Shown here one piece after another: positions 47,895 through 57,251 of a stretch of DNA of 64,000 bases. Every line of letters starts with the position of its first letter. Within the stretch, counting starts at the first letter, position 1. Source of the stretch: a phage; sequence record OZ346158.1; one strand, 5' to 3'. The position numbers were made by a program, and so were the translations under genes. Below the pieces are notes generated by a model, which was not told the DNA's origin, made no database searches, and was given only the letters and a program-made list of their open reading frames with translations.

Positions 47895-48226
47895 GCTTCC
47901 TCATCCTCCTCTCCTTCATCAGGAGCATAAGCCTTATCTTTGAACAATACGAGAGAGCAAAGCTTAACATCTGTTTCCACACTGGTGAACATGCATAACC
48001 GCTCGCCCTCAATCAGCTCACAATCCTCTTTTAAAACAGCAGACCATACACGGTCATCTGCGTAATCATCCGTGTACAGGATGTATGAAATGGTGTCATC
48101 TTCATACAACCGCCACATACCTGTGGCAACAACGAATGTATTTTTTGTTTTAAGTGTCCCTGTTGTGTGATCATCCTCAAAAACAGCTTCCATAATTGCG
48201 TTATCTACAGAATTTTTAGTCATCAA
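47891..48226 (-). CDS. hypothetical protein
   Basis: ORF. Confidence 0.5.
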   Translation of the reverse strand: MMTKNSVDNAIMEAVFEDDHTTGTLKTKNTFVVATGMWRLYEDDTISYILYTDDYADDRVWSAVLKEDCELIEGERLCMFTSVETDVKLCSLVLFKDKAYAPDEGEEDEEA

Positions 48227-49362
48227 ATTGCTCCAACATTTCTAAGAACGTTAACAAGTTTTGTTTGATCATTGAATGTTCGCTTCATATACAAACAGTC
48301 AAAAATTATACTCATCCATTGACCTACAGAGATTCTACGATCAATACCATTGAAGTCAGTATACTTAACAACACCTTTCGGGAACCACTTCTTGTACTGA
48401 TCAATAATAGCCACCCACATCTCCTTTGGAGTGCTGCACTGAGACAGTAGGTAGAATGCTGAGGCATCTCCGAACTTACCCTTACCGATAAGTCCTTGAT
48501 ACGGCTTGATGTTGTCAGCAGAGTCACCACACAGCATTTGGTATCCGAAGAACAGCATTCCGTAACCACCAACCTCTCCATTAGGCTTCATGAAGATGTT
48601 CCCCATACCGTTATCGATCAGCATAGGGGTTTCCCTTACAAAATCTCCCTTATCGTTTCGCATGGGATCGAACACAAGCCCCGGTAGTGTTCTTTGGTCC
48701 TTATCAATAGAGATAATAAACTTGTTGAACTTACCTGTTTTTTGGTAGTGGTTCCAACCTTCAAATTGCTGGATAGCTAACCAGTCATCAGCCTCGATAC
48801 CGTTGATCACTTGAGCATTATACTGCTTTTGGAGATACTGTCTTGCATCTCCAAGCAGCAGTGGTCGAAGAGTATTGTTACGGTTGGCTTTGTATCTTTC
48901 CGGCATTGGAAGATCTAGTCTGAAGTTACCTGTGCCTCCCAACACCCCGACACATCGCTCTTCCGGAATACCAAGATAGTTAAGAACTGCATTTGCCTTA
49001 CATTTTATTGTGTGCAAGCAGTTCTCTACAGGGTCAGGTGTTTGGATATCCAAGACATCAAAATCTTCACGTGTCCACGGAATAAACTCCTTACCAGACT
49101 TTTTACATGCGGCTTCACGGTTGGTATTCTCAGCTTTTAGCCAACCACCAACGGTGTTCTTCTGCCGCCCCCAGAACTCTGTTCGTGTTTTAAACATCTT
49201 CTTACGTCCGGAGGCTTTGTGTGTTACCTCAATTGTCCTTTTTTCACAACTTGCTGCAGCTTGATATGCAACCTGATCGAAGTCATAATAAACTATAGCG
49301 TCAGGTTCAAGAAGATCAGCCAGACAATCTATGGACTCAATAAGTGGATATTCTCTACTCAA
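48223..49362 (-). CDS. 5'-3' exonuclease / flap endonuclease (FEN family)
   Basis: YKANR...NGIEADDWLA...ISIDKDQRTL parallels Pol I 5'-nuclease YKAGR...GVEADDVIG...STGDKDMAQL. Confidence 0.8.
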   Translation of the reverse strand: MSREYPLIESIDCLADLLEPDAIVYYDFDQVAYQAAASCEKRTIEVTHKASGRKKMFKTRTEFWGRQKNTVGGWLKAENTNREAACKKSGKEFIPWTREDFDVLDIQTPDPVENCLHTIKCKANAVLNYLGIPEERCVGVLGGTGNFRLDLPMPERYKANRNNTLRPLLLGDARQYLQKQYNAQVINGIEADDWLAIQQFEGWNHYQKTGKFNKFIISIDKDQRTLPGLVFDPMRNDKGDFVRETPMLIDNGMGNIFMKPNGEVGGYGMLFFGYQMLCGDSADNIKPYQGLIGKGKFGDASAFYLLSQCSTPKEMWVAIIDQYKKWFPKGVVKYTDFNGIDRRISVGQWMSIIFDCLYMKRTFNDQTKLVNVLRNVGAI

Positions 49363-49663
49363 AGACCCTCCTGTTAGTTATTCTGCAAGATGGTTGGATG
49401 CTGTAATGGAATGCATCATCACTCTCTGCAATAAGTGACTCAACATCCCAATACTTTTCAAAAAGGAACGGATTAGACCCCCAGTGGTGGGTTATTTTCA
49501 TCAAGGAGTCTGGTATCATATAACCACAGATCTTAATTACATCGCCAGGTTGAATTGTGTTTTCATGAAGGTTGCTTGCCTTCTTCAGAATCATACCTTT
49601 ATGATTCTCGTTTGCATACAACTGGACAATATCTTTATCTTCAACAATAAAAATTTTAAGCAT
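49355..49663 (-). CDS. hypothetical protein
   Basis: ORF. Confidence 0.5.
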   Translation of the reverse strand: MLKIFIVEDKDIVQLYANENHKGMILKKASNLHENTIQPGDVIKICGYMIPDSLMKITHHWGSNPFLFEKYWDVESLIAESDDAFHYSIQPSCRITNRRVFE

Positions 49664-49722
49664 ACCTAGTTCTCCTAGTTTATAGATATCTGACCGATAA
49701 TATCAGATTAATAACACTTTTG

Positions 49723-50016
49723 TCAAGACTTTTTAGTCTTTCTTGGAGAGCTTTTTGTTGATCTTTTCCTTTTGTGGTAGATTCCAAGTGCAGCGTTTTC
49801 TTGGGCGCACGTTTTAACAGTTCTCAGACAAGAACTTTCAGCTTTAGGCAGGTTTAACTCCCACCAACCAAGCCAGTAAAGTTCTGATTCAGACAACTGC
49901 TCAGATTCAGCCTTCCGATACAAGGATTGCATACCTCTGATGATGTCGTCCAGAGGTGTATCGAATACAAAAGCTGTCTTATCAAATTTCTCTTTTAAAG
50001 GTTTCTTAGCCATCAA
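49723..50016 (-). CDS. hypothetical protein
   Basis: ORF. Confidence 0.45.
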   Translation of the reverse strand: MMAKKPLKEKFDKTAFVFDTPLDDIIRGMQSLYRKAESEQLSESELYWLGWWELNLPKAESSCLRTVKTCAQENAALGIYHKRKRSTKSSPRKTKKS

Positions 50017-50470
50017 GGTAACCCTCTATCCACGAAAAGTCAGTCTTCCATTCTGGAACTTTACTAAGCTCACGCCACTCTGCAAAGCAGTCTCGGTAAT
50101 ACGCCTCTGCCATACCCTTGGTGATCTTATTCACCTTAGCCAACTGACTAACTGCCTGAGCATACTTTCCACGGATATTTGCTAACCCAGGATGCACAGA
50201 TGTGTGACAATCTGGGCACAACGCTATCAGTCCGACAAGCCGGATCACTCCCTCTTCGAAAGTGTAAAGTTCATGACACTCCACTGGGTGTTTGCTGCCT
50301 TTACCGCCGCACACCTCACAGGTGTAGTTGGCTTCTCTATAGCACTTCTTGCGGATCTTATCCCACTCACTCTTCTTTACAGCGTTTCGGAGGTTATTAT
50401 ACCAAGCTGTTTCTGGGATCAGTTGCACAATAAGCCTGCGTTCAGACTTCATTAAACGTCCGTCTTCCAC
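50006..50470 (-). CDS. zinc-finger HNH-like nuclease
   Basis: CEVCGG...HPVECHEL...CPDCH arrangement. Confidence 0.45.
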   Translation of the reverse strand: MEDGRLMKSERRLIVQLIPETAWYNNLRNAVKKSEWDKIRKKCYREANYTCEVCGGKGSKHPVECHELYTFEEGVIRLVGLIALCPDCHTSVHPGLANIRGKYAQAVSQLAKVNKITKGMAEAYYRDCFAEWRELSKVPEWKTDFSWIEGYLDG

Positions 50471-50479
50471 GTATCCCCC

Positions 50480-50686
50480 TTATTCAAAGAAATGGGTGCG
50501 AGGGCAGGAACCTGCCTCGCCTTGTTTCACAAGCTCGTAGAGCTCACCTTGGCTTGTCTCATAAAGGCAAATACGTTTACCATTGTCCCGATATACATCG
50601 ACAAGATACGCTGTTTCACCTGCAAACACGACACCACAGGCCAGACATGCTGCCATGAACAAAATTGCCAACAGAAAATCTTTCAT
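50480..50686 (-). CDS. small secreted protein or lipoprotein
   Basis: Signal peptide MKDFLLAILFMAACLACGVVFAG with possible lipobox. Confidence 0.45.
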   Translation of the reverse strand: MKDFLLAILFMAACLACGVVFAGETAYLVDVYRDNGKRICLYETSQGELYELVKQGEAGSCPRTHFFE

Positions 50687-50754
50687 GGTTAAACCCTCCC
50701 TAACATTGTATGAGGTAACAATACCACGTCCGTGTGGTCATGTCAATGATACTG

Positions 50755-51453
50755 TTACAATCTTTCAGCAAGAGCCTTTGCGTAACACGCTTCAGCAGAC
50801 TCTTTGGTGTCAAACCTGCCTAGCGTTTTTCCTCTGAAAGTTACTTTCCATTTGCCCCTATCTGCTTCAAATCTGACACCTCTAGATTTATCCCTCCCTA
50901 AAGGCTGTCCACGATATTCCCTGACAAACGTGCCACTTTCAAAAGACTTTTGAGCAGCAAGGGCCTCTTCTAAGGTATCGTATTCTCCTAGGTCTTTCTT
51001 ATAGTAATGACCTACCTTACCAAAAGCAGCATACCTTCCAGTTCTAGCATGAAAATATACACCCAAGTGTCCAGTGTTAGATTTAGGTATCTTGCGTGCC
51101 AGGCATCCGTCATCTGCCGCCTTTTTTGCGTTTTCTTCTGGTGTTAACAGTTGTAGGTTTTCTATCCTGTCATCAGCAACACCATCGGAATAGAAAAGTG
51201 GCTTTATGTGATCAACTTCGTACCCTTCTGGAATTGGTCCATAATGCATCTCCCACACCAATCTATGCCTGTAGTAATGCACGCCGCGATAGATTATATC
51301 CCTGTACCCGTCCATGTTAGTACATCCAGCCTCCTTTCCCATCAGTTGAGGTTTGTTTTTTGGTGGGGACTTCCAAAACAACCTTCCAGTGCCTGTATCG
51401 TATCTAAAGACACTCCACCAGTCAATCCCGTTACTCATCTGTAACAACTCCAC
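50755..51453 (-). CDS. HNH endonuclease with AP2-like DNA-binding domain (free-standing)
   Basis: HRLVWEMHYGPIPEGYEVDHIKP...NLQLLTPEEN HNH core plus C-terminal AP2-like repeats. Confidence 0.75.
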   Translation of the reverse strand: MELLQMSNGIDWWSVFRYDTGTGRLFWKSPPKNKPQLMGKEAGCTNMDGYRDIIYRGVHYYRHRLVWEMHYGPIPEGYEVDHIKPLFYSDGVADDRIENLQLLTPEENAKKAADDGCLARKIPKSNTGHLGVYFHARTGRYAAFGKVGHYYKKDLGEYDTLEEALAAQKSFESGTFVREYRGQPLGRDKSRGVRFEADRGKWKVTFRGKTLGRFDTKESAEACYAKALAERL

Positions 51454-51919
51454 CTGCCTTCTTAAAGATCTCCAGCATCTTGTCTATACTTTCTGCTCGC
51501 TGATTGTACAGCTTTCCAGCCCCTGGCGGTGGTGGGAAGCTTGCCCAGCGGCTGCGGCATTTATAAATGGCCTGATGAATACGCCCTTCATCAATGTCGG
51601 CGAGAGCCTTGCACTCACGGATCAGTTGCAACGCAATCTTGTCCTGACTGTCAGGGCCAAAATCTGGTAATCCTAACTGTTTCATGTAGTGTTTAGCAAA
51701 CTTCTCCAAAACCTGGTAACGCCCAGCAGCGGAGGAGGTAAGTTTAGCATTTAGCTTAACGTAAACACCGGGATGCTTGCTGTAATCGCTGAACAGCTTG
51801 CCTCCGACTATGACATCGTACCCCCGATCCTTGGTAGGTTGTCTACCATTATCTGTGCCTTCCGAATATGCGATCATATCCAAGAAAGCTTTTCGTTGAA
51901 CATTTTTATCAAGTTTCAT
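51431..51919 (-). CDS. endolysin, lambda R-type lytic transglycosylase
   Basis: QRKAFLDMIAYSEGTDNGRQPTKDRGYDVIVGG...AGRYQ matches lambda R nearly residue-for-residue at the N-terminus. Confidence 0.9.
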   Translation of the reverse strand: MKLDKNVQRKAFLDMIAYSEGTDNGRQPTKDRGYDVIVGGKLFSDYSKHPGVYVKLNAKLTSSAAGRYQVLEKFAKHYMKQLGLPDFGPDSQDKIALQLIRECKALADIDEGRIHQAIYKCRSRWASFPPPPGAGKLYNQRAESIDKMLEIFKKAGGVVTDE

Positions 51920-52043
51920 TTTTCATACTCTCCAGTTTACTCATAACTAACCCGATCAACAACACTGCATAGTGTGGTTATGTAGGTGCCAATTGAAAAA
52001 CCATCATTCAATTGGCTACCGTTACCTACTGAACCTCCCTACA

Positions 52044-53327
52044 TCATTCCAGCACCTCCCAAGTGTCTGGGTTAACATTTCGGACGCAGATACCGACAGG
52101 GAATTGGTAGTTGTTGTCTTCTGTCCTTGCTTGATATTTGAAGGTGACAAACTTGCCGATCATTTCCTGCATCCTGTCATAGCTACGCTCCTCGTGCGTG
52201 CCTTTCATCTTCATTTTAACAATAACACCTTCCTTGTCAACACAGATAAGAACACCTTCATCATTCTTATCTTTCTCAACGTCAATAACTTTCACCTCTG
52301 CGTCGTTGAACTTTTTCCATTTCAATGCTTCAGATGTTCGCTGACCGTACTCGTATTTACCGCAGAAATTACGCATGATAGTACCTTCATATCCTTCGGA
52401 CATGAATATACCAACAGATTCTTCGCAATGATCAACTGTGTACGCAAGCTCTGCGTCAACAACCTTGATATGGTCAAGCATCAGAGTGGTAACGGTATCC
52501 TCTGCATCCATAAGATCCTTGCAGCGTCCAGACTCTGTTTCTGGATCCCACCACACCTTGTCGCTAGGAATATCAAAAATGTGATACTCCAGATCGTAGC
52601 TACAGTACCCACCGTAACGCAAATCATCACGAACAGGCTCAACATCGACAGGAATATCTACCTTGTTGAAGTTTTTGTATGTTGATAAGCCTGCCTTAAT
52701 TGCTGCATGACGGCGTTTTTTATCTGCCTCATAGTCTTTATCGATCTCGGCCTGAATCTCTTCCTGTGTGCGCCACCGTTTAGCAAGAGACACTATTTTC
52801 TGCAAAGGAAGACCATGAATGTATAGTTCCCCATCAAGTTGTTTAATCCCAGTGGTAGAATGGAAAGAACGAAGTTGCTCTAAAAGCTTTCCTTGAATAG
52901 GGTAGGACTTATTACCACGGGAAATAAATTTAGGCTCACCATTTTGGAAAACAACAAGCAGACGAAGGCCATCTAACTTACGCAAGATCCAGCAAGGTAA
53001 TTTAAGTGCCTTGCCACGCTTCAGGTAGTCATGCACCAGCATGGGTAAAAGATCAACACCCTGCTCGCAATCTTCCATGTTTTCAACATACCCCAGACGG
53101 ACTTGTTTTTCCCACTTGCTGATAGCCTCAAGCTCGGCCTGTTGCTCAGCTGTAGTCTCGTTGGCACGACCTACGTTCTTAGGTGTGCATACCGTCTCTT
53201 TGTACTGCAGTTTACCATCAAGCTTGCCAAACTCTACGATAACCTTATCACCATCCGTGAATACTTTCCACTGTTGGTAGCTGCCATCTTTATTCAGTGC
53301 GTACAGTGTTGTTTTGATCTGATGCAT
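52044..53327 (-). CDS. DNA ligase (nucleotidyltransferase motifs I/IV/V)
   Basis: Motif I KLDGLR, motif IV EGTIMR, motif V LKWKKF. Confidence 0.7.
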   Translation of the reverse strand: MHQIKTTLYALNKDGSYQQWKVFTDGDKVIVEFGKLDGKLQYKETVCTPKNVGRANETTAEQQAELEAISKWEKQVRLGYVENMEDCEQGVDLLPMLVHDYLKRGKALKLPCWILRKLDGLRLLVVFQNGEPKFISRGNKSYPIQGKLLEQLRSFHSTTGIKQLDGELYIHGLPLQKIVSLAKRWRTQEEIQAEIDKDYEADKKRRHAAIKAGLSTYKNFNKVDIPVDVEPVRDDLRYGGYCSYDLEYHIFDIPSDKVWWDPETESGRCKDLMDAEDTVTTLMLDHIKVVDAELAYTVDHCEESVGIFMSEGYEGTIMRNFCGKYEYGQRTSEALKWKKFNDAEVKVIDVEKDKNDEGVLICVDKEGVIVKMKMKGTHEERSYDRMQEMIGKFVTFKYQARTEDNNYQFPVGICVRNVNPDTWEVLE

Positions 53328-53596
53328 TACTCGGCCTCTTCCTTAAAAATTTTAAACATCTCTTCTTTACTCATTACCAACCAGTCTCCCATAAAGTCAA
53401 CTAGCCAATCTCCCTGGTACAAGACAAGGTTACCAAAAGGCTCGACAAGCTCACACATGCGACGAAGATCTCTGGTCCGAACAGGTGACGATGTAAACAC
53501 ACCTGTATCAATCCACCGTTGCAGATCAGATACTGATGAAGAGCTTCCGTCAAACTGATGTGCTTCTACAGGTTTAGCAAGATTAAATAACGGCAT
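53327..53596 (-). CDS. hypothetical protein
   Basis: ORF. Confidence 0.5.
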   Translation of the reverse strand: MPLFNLAKPVEAHQFDGSSSSVSDLQRWIDTGVFTSSPVRTRDLRRMCELVEPFGNLVLYQGDWLVDFMGDWLVMSKEEMFKIFKEEAE

Positions 53597-53891
53597 TGCA
53601 GTCCTCCTTCTGTAGTAGGTCTTTTATAGGATAAACAAGTAAGTGTGGGTCGTAATAACGTATAGTCCTATTCTGCCACACTATGAACTTTATTACAACC
53701 AAATTTACAATATCTTTATCACCATGTAGCCCAACACACACATTTGTCCATATTTTGTGGTTGAAGACCTTGCTATCGATGTAGATTTTAGTGTCAAACT
53801 TATCTTCCATTCTACCAATAAGTTTGATCAGCTCCTTCATCTGGTCGCCAAACACAGCATCTTTTTCAAGATCTCTGGAATGCTTGTACAT
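53583..53891 (-). CDS. hypothetical protein
   Basis: ORF. Confidence 0.5.
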   Translation of the reverse strand: MYKHSRDLEKDAVFGDQMKELIKLIGRMEDKFDTKIYIDSKVFNHKIWTNVCVGLHGDKDIVNLVVIKFIVWQNRTIRYYDPHLLVYPIKDLLQKEDCNAVI

Positions 53892-53953
53892 AACTGACTA
53901 CCTCACTGCATACTTTCCATAATAAGTAAAGCCGGGTAATCCCGGCTATGTTG

Positions 53954-54667
53954 TTAAATATACTCTGTTACATCCTTGAAGCTCGAAGGCTTCATAATCT
54001 TACCTTTACTGTCAAGGAATATAATAACTTTATTGCCGTTGTAGAACTCCTCTTTAGCAACGAAACCTTCGTAGCGACCACCAAAACGACGCTCAAGATC
54101 TTTAATCTCCAACTCGATGAGTTGTTCAGCAGGCATATCTGCACTGGCACCGTGTGAATGCCGTAGATGGTTGATCCGTGCAAACTTACTGTCATTAGAT
54201 TTTAGAACCTTCCGCATCATCCCACACACATCCCCGCTAAGCTGGAACAGCAAAGCTGTTGATAACTCCGCTAGTCGGTAAGCTGACGCTCTTTGCTTGG
54301 ATGTGTTTTTCGCAGCGATCAGTGTATCATAGAACTCACCGATCTTGAACTTAAGACCTCGCGGATTATCAAACAGGTTTGACCACTTTTCGTGGTTATC
54401 ATTAACAAGATAAGCTGCATAACTTGTGACAACGTGAAGATCGCAGGCCTCTTTTAGCAGGTGATCTCCACCATCACCTTTCTCCAGCTCTTCCAAAACC
54501 TCATTGAACTCTTCCTCAATGAAGCTAAGCTGTAATTCGAATGGTGTGTATGATTTTTTCACTTTAGCTGCCACACGGTTCCAGTTTTCCACCCAGTTGG
54601 CAGACCAAAGGTAGTTTTCAGGCTGGGACAGTTTTTCCAGGTTGTCGATCAGTTTAGTATTCAGCAT
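53954..54667 (-). CDS. MazG-like nucleotide pyrophosphohydrolase (tentative)
   Basis: EEEFNEVLEELEKGD...LLKEACDLHVV resembles MazG EExxE/D metal-binding helices. Confidence 0.45.
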   Translation of the reverse strand: MLNTKLIDNLEKLSQPENYLWSANWVENWNRVAAKVKKSYTPFELQLSFIEEEFNEVLEELEKGDGGDHLLKEACDLHVVTSYAAYLVNDNHEKWSNLFDNPRGLKFKIGEFYDTLIAAKNTSKQRASAYRLAELSTALLFQLSGDVCGMMRKVLKSNDSKFARINHLRHSHGASADMPAEQLIELEIKDLERRFGGRYEGFVAKEEFYNGNKVIIFLDSKGKIMKPSSFKDVTEYI

Positions 54668-54680
54668 TAAAGGTCTCCTT

Positions 54681-55442
54681 TTAAAGTTCCATAAAGTTTT
54701 CTACAGTTTCAATAAATGCTTTATCAGAGAAAGCGTCAACAGCACCGTTAAACCATACAGGGATCCCGCGATCCTCATATTGATAAAGGTCGCTACGTGA
54801 AATGCCACTTCCATCTGCACTCTGCGAATCATACTTGTTTACAATCAGCAGTTTTGTGCCTTTACAAGTAGCAGGAAACAATTCCCAGTTAAAATTAATA
54901 ACTGTGTTAGAACAACCTACCAGGATCACCATATCATTGCTTGTGAGAGATGTCAACAGGTCATACATGTCTGTATACTTAGGAGCAACCTCACCGAAGA
55001 ACACTACATTGGGCTTAACCCAGGTATACTTGCCTGTATCTACCTCCGTGTATCCGATATTTTTAATTACATCATTACCTTCAGCATCTTCGTAGGTGAT
55101 TTCAGGCAAATACCCGTGGACATGTAAAATATCTTCATGTTTTACACCAGCACGCTCCAGCAAATCATCTACATTGGTAGTAAGGTTGATCACACGACCA
55201 GACCAGCGGGAATACCACTCAGCGATCCGAAGATGTGCAAGGTTAGGATCAACACTGCCCAGAGCTACACGACGTGCATTGTAAAAGTCATGCACCTTAT
55301 AGTAGTTCTTGGCAAAGGTGTGGATGTTGCACACCTCATCGATGCTGAAATTCTCCCACATTGCAGTGCTACCAGATCGGAAAGTGGGAATACCAGATTC
55401 AGCGCTCAAACCAGCACCGGAGATAATAATCAGTCGTCGCAT
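54681..55442 (-). CDS. Sir2-family NAD-dependent deacylase / ADP-ribosyltransferase
   Basis: GAGLSAESGIPTFR, TTNVDDLLERAG, catalytic HVHG, PNVVFFGE; no obvious zinc-ribbon cysteines. Confidence 0.8.
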   Translation of the reverse strand: MRRLIIISGAGLSAESGIPTFRSGSTAMWENFSIDEVCNIHTFAKNYYKVHDFYNARRVALGSVDPNLAHLRIAEWYSRWSGRVINLTTNVDDLLERAGVKHEDILHVHGYLPEITYEDAEGNDVIKNIGYTEVDTGKYTWVKPNVVFFGEVAPKYTDMYDLLTSLTSNDMVILVGCSNTVINFNWELFPATCKGTKLLIVNKYDSQSADGSGISRSDLYQYEDRGIPVWFNGAVDAFSDKAFIETVENFMEL

Positions 55443-55450
55443 AAGTGTCC

Positions 55451-55801
55451 TCAGTAGATGTTTTGTTTAATCTCTATTCCAAACTTCTTGAATGAGTCAG
55501 CAGCAAGCATAAATTTACGAGCTGCCGATGGATTAGAAGTATGCACGAAAATAATCACGTTGTCAATAAGTGGTGGCTTTCCGAATACAAGTTTCTCCTC
55601 TAGCGCAGAGAAGCAGTCGTACCCTTCAAGCACTTCACCTAGATCATTGTCAAAATGCCACTCAGAAACGCGCCTGTAGAGCTTTCTATTATCGTTAATA
55701 AAATCCATGAACTCAGAAGAGTTCTTCAGCCAAAGAGCATCTTGGATTCCGTAATTTGACGGATCTCTCAAGTCATCTAGCCACACAATCAACTTCTTCA
55801 T
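55451..55801 (-). CDS. hypothetical protein
   Basis: ORF; start MKKLIVW overlaps upstream stop. Confidence 0.5.
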   Translation of the reverse strand: MKKLIVWLDDLRDPSNYGIQDALWLKNSSEFMDFINDNRKLYRRVSEWHFDNDLGEVLEGYDCFSALEEKLVFGKPPLIDNVIIFVHTSNPSAARKFMLAADSFKKFGIEIKQNIY

Positions 55802-56733
55802 TGCATATAGTCCTCGTTGTGAAAATAGCAATCAAGTATCTCACGGCGTTCCTGCTCCAGGAGGCAGTTCCACACATCTTCTGTGTAATTGCTACGAATG
55901 AAGTTTACCATGCCATAAAACTCTTCGTCAATACGTTTAAAGATATCATCATCCCAAATCTTCCAAGCTTTACCCCTCATTACGGCCTTCCGTGCCAAAT
56001 AGTATGGAGACTTGATCTTCAGCTGCAGGTCATAAGGGTAGTAAGGCTTACGGATCATATACCCTTCGCCCCTTGTTTCTGCAGCTAATTCTTTTGCATA
56101 GCTGAACGGGATTTCACGCAAAGTGTGAGGACGTTTTGCACCAAGGTATTTGGCAATCCCATCTAAAGCTGCTTCTGGTAGCATTATTCCAGAATCATTA
56201 TATCTGCAACCTATCAAATATGCGCCATGGTCTTCTTGAACAATATGCGGATCTGAAGGGTGACAAATTTCAAACATGAATGTCATGTTTTCATTGCCCA
56301 TAACCTTCTTGATAAGATCTAAATTACCACATTGCTCTTGGATGGTTTCCTTTGCAAGGTTACAATATGGAGAATCAAGAGACCCGGTTGTTGAGAACAA
56401 TAGGTCACCTTTATGAGATGATACCACACCAAGGAATCCGTTCTTTTTCTCTACCGCAGTCACAAGCTTATTGTCAGGCAGGTTGGTGGAGTTTTCTCCC
56501 AAGTTAAACACTTTTGTGAAGGGCCATGCCACAACATTTCCTTCATTACCTACAACAATGCCTCGGCACTCCAGTAAACGAGGGGACAAATGCCATAAAT
56601 TGTTGTAAAATACTTTTCTAGCATATTTATAGATCTTTAACCCGAGATCTGGGTAATACCTACTGGTTACAAGACCTTTGTCAACTAGGTCGTCTGCATT
56701 AAAATACTTCATCATACGTTCCTCATTTGTCAT
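55798..56733 (-). CDS. RNA ligase-like nucleotidyltransferase
   Basis: Motif I VEKKNGFLG (Kx[DN]G), motif IV GEGYMIRKP, motif V LQLKIKSP; divergently adjacent to kinase/phosphoesterase pair. Confidence 0.6.
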   Translation of the reverse strand: MTNEERMMKYFNADDLVDKGLVTSRYYPDLGLKIYKYARKVFYNNLWHLSPRLLECRGIVVGNEGNVVAWPFTKVFNLGENSTNLPDNKLVTAVEKKNGFLGVVSSHKGDLLFSTTGSLDSPYCNLAKETIQEQCGNLDLIKKVMGNENMTFMFEICHPSDPHIVQEDHGAYLIGCRYNDSGIMLPEAALDGIAKYLGAKRPHTLREIPFSYAKELAAETRGEGYMIRKPYYPYDLQLKIKSPYYLARKAVMRGKAWKIWDDDIFKRIDEEFYGMVNFIRSNYTEDVWNCLLEQERREILDCYFHNEDYMQ

Positions 56734-56833
56734 TTTGTCAGTCTATCCTGCCACACAAATAACCTAGTGTCAACACTTGAAATTAACAAAACAGTTAGAT
56801 ATACTATCGTTGAAATTAAAACGGAGGGTCACT

Positions 56834-57244
56834 ATGTCTAAAATGCTATATATCGTGCGTGGTCTACCAGGGTCTGGCAAATCAACACTGGCAAATGCGC
56901 TATCTTTAGAGGGTCTGTATCCACATTTTGAGAACGACATGTTCTGGTATGACGATGACGGCAATTACAACTGGGATGCAAGTAAAGTAACACTCGCAGC
57001 GAAATGGTGCAAAGATAACGTAGAAGATATGATGCGTATGGGATACGACCGTATCGTGGTAAGTAATACGTTTACAAAAGAAAAACATGTGCAGGAATAT
57101 GTTGACATGGCAATCAGTCATGGGTATAGTTATACCGTGATCGTGGTTGAAAACCGCCACGGTAATAAAAGCATTCATGATGTTCCAGACAAGGTTGTGG
57201 ATCGTATGGAACGCCAGCTTAAAAACTGCATTAAACTTAAATGA
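56834..57244 (+). CDS. P-loop kinase, polynucleotide 5'-kinase-like
   Basis: YIVRGLPGSGKSTLA resembles T4 Pnk kinase P-loop; SD aacggagggtcact. Confidence 0.6.
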   Translation: MSKMLYIVRGLPGSGKSTLANALSLEGLYPHFENDMFWYDDDGNYNWDASKVTLAAKWCKDNVEDMMRMGYDRIVVSNTFTKEKHVQEYVDMAISHGYSYTVIVVENRHGNKSIHDVPDKVVDRMERQLKNCIKLK

Positions 57245-57251
57245 GGAATGT

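Noticed and set aside
50480-50686. Holin for the adjacent endolysin
   Set aside because: Only one N-terminal hydrophobic segment resembling a cleavable signal peptide; lacks the 2-3 TM helices and charged C-terminus expected of a holin.
51972-52685. 237-codon + strand ORF overlapping the DNA ligase gene
   Set aside because: Antisense to the ligase frame that carries the nucleotidyltransferase motifs; no SD; spurious.
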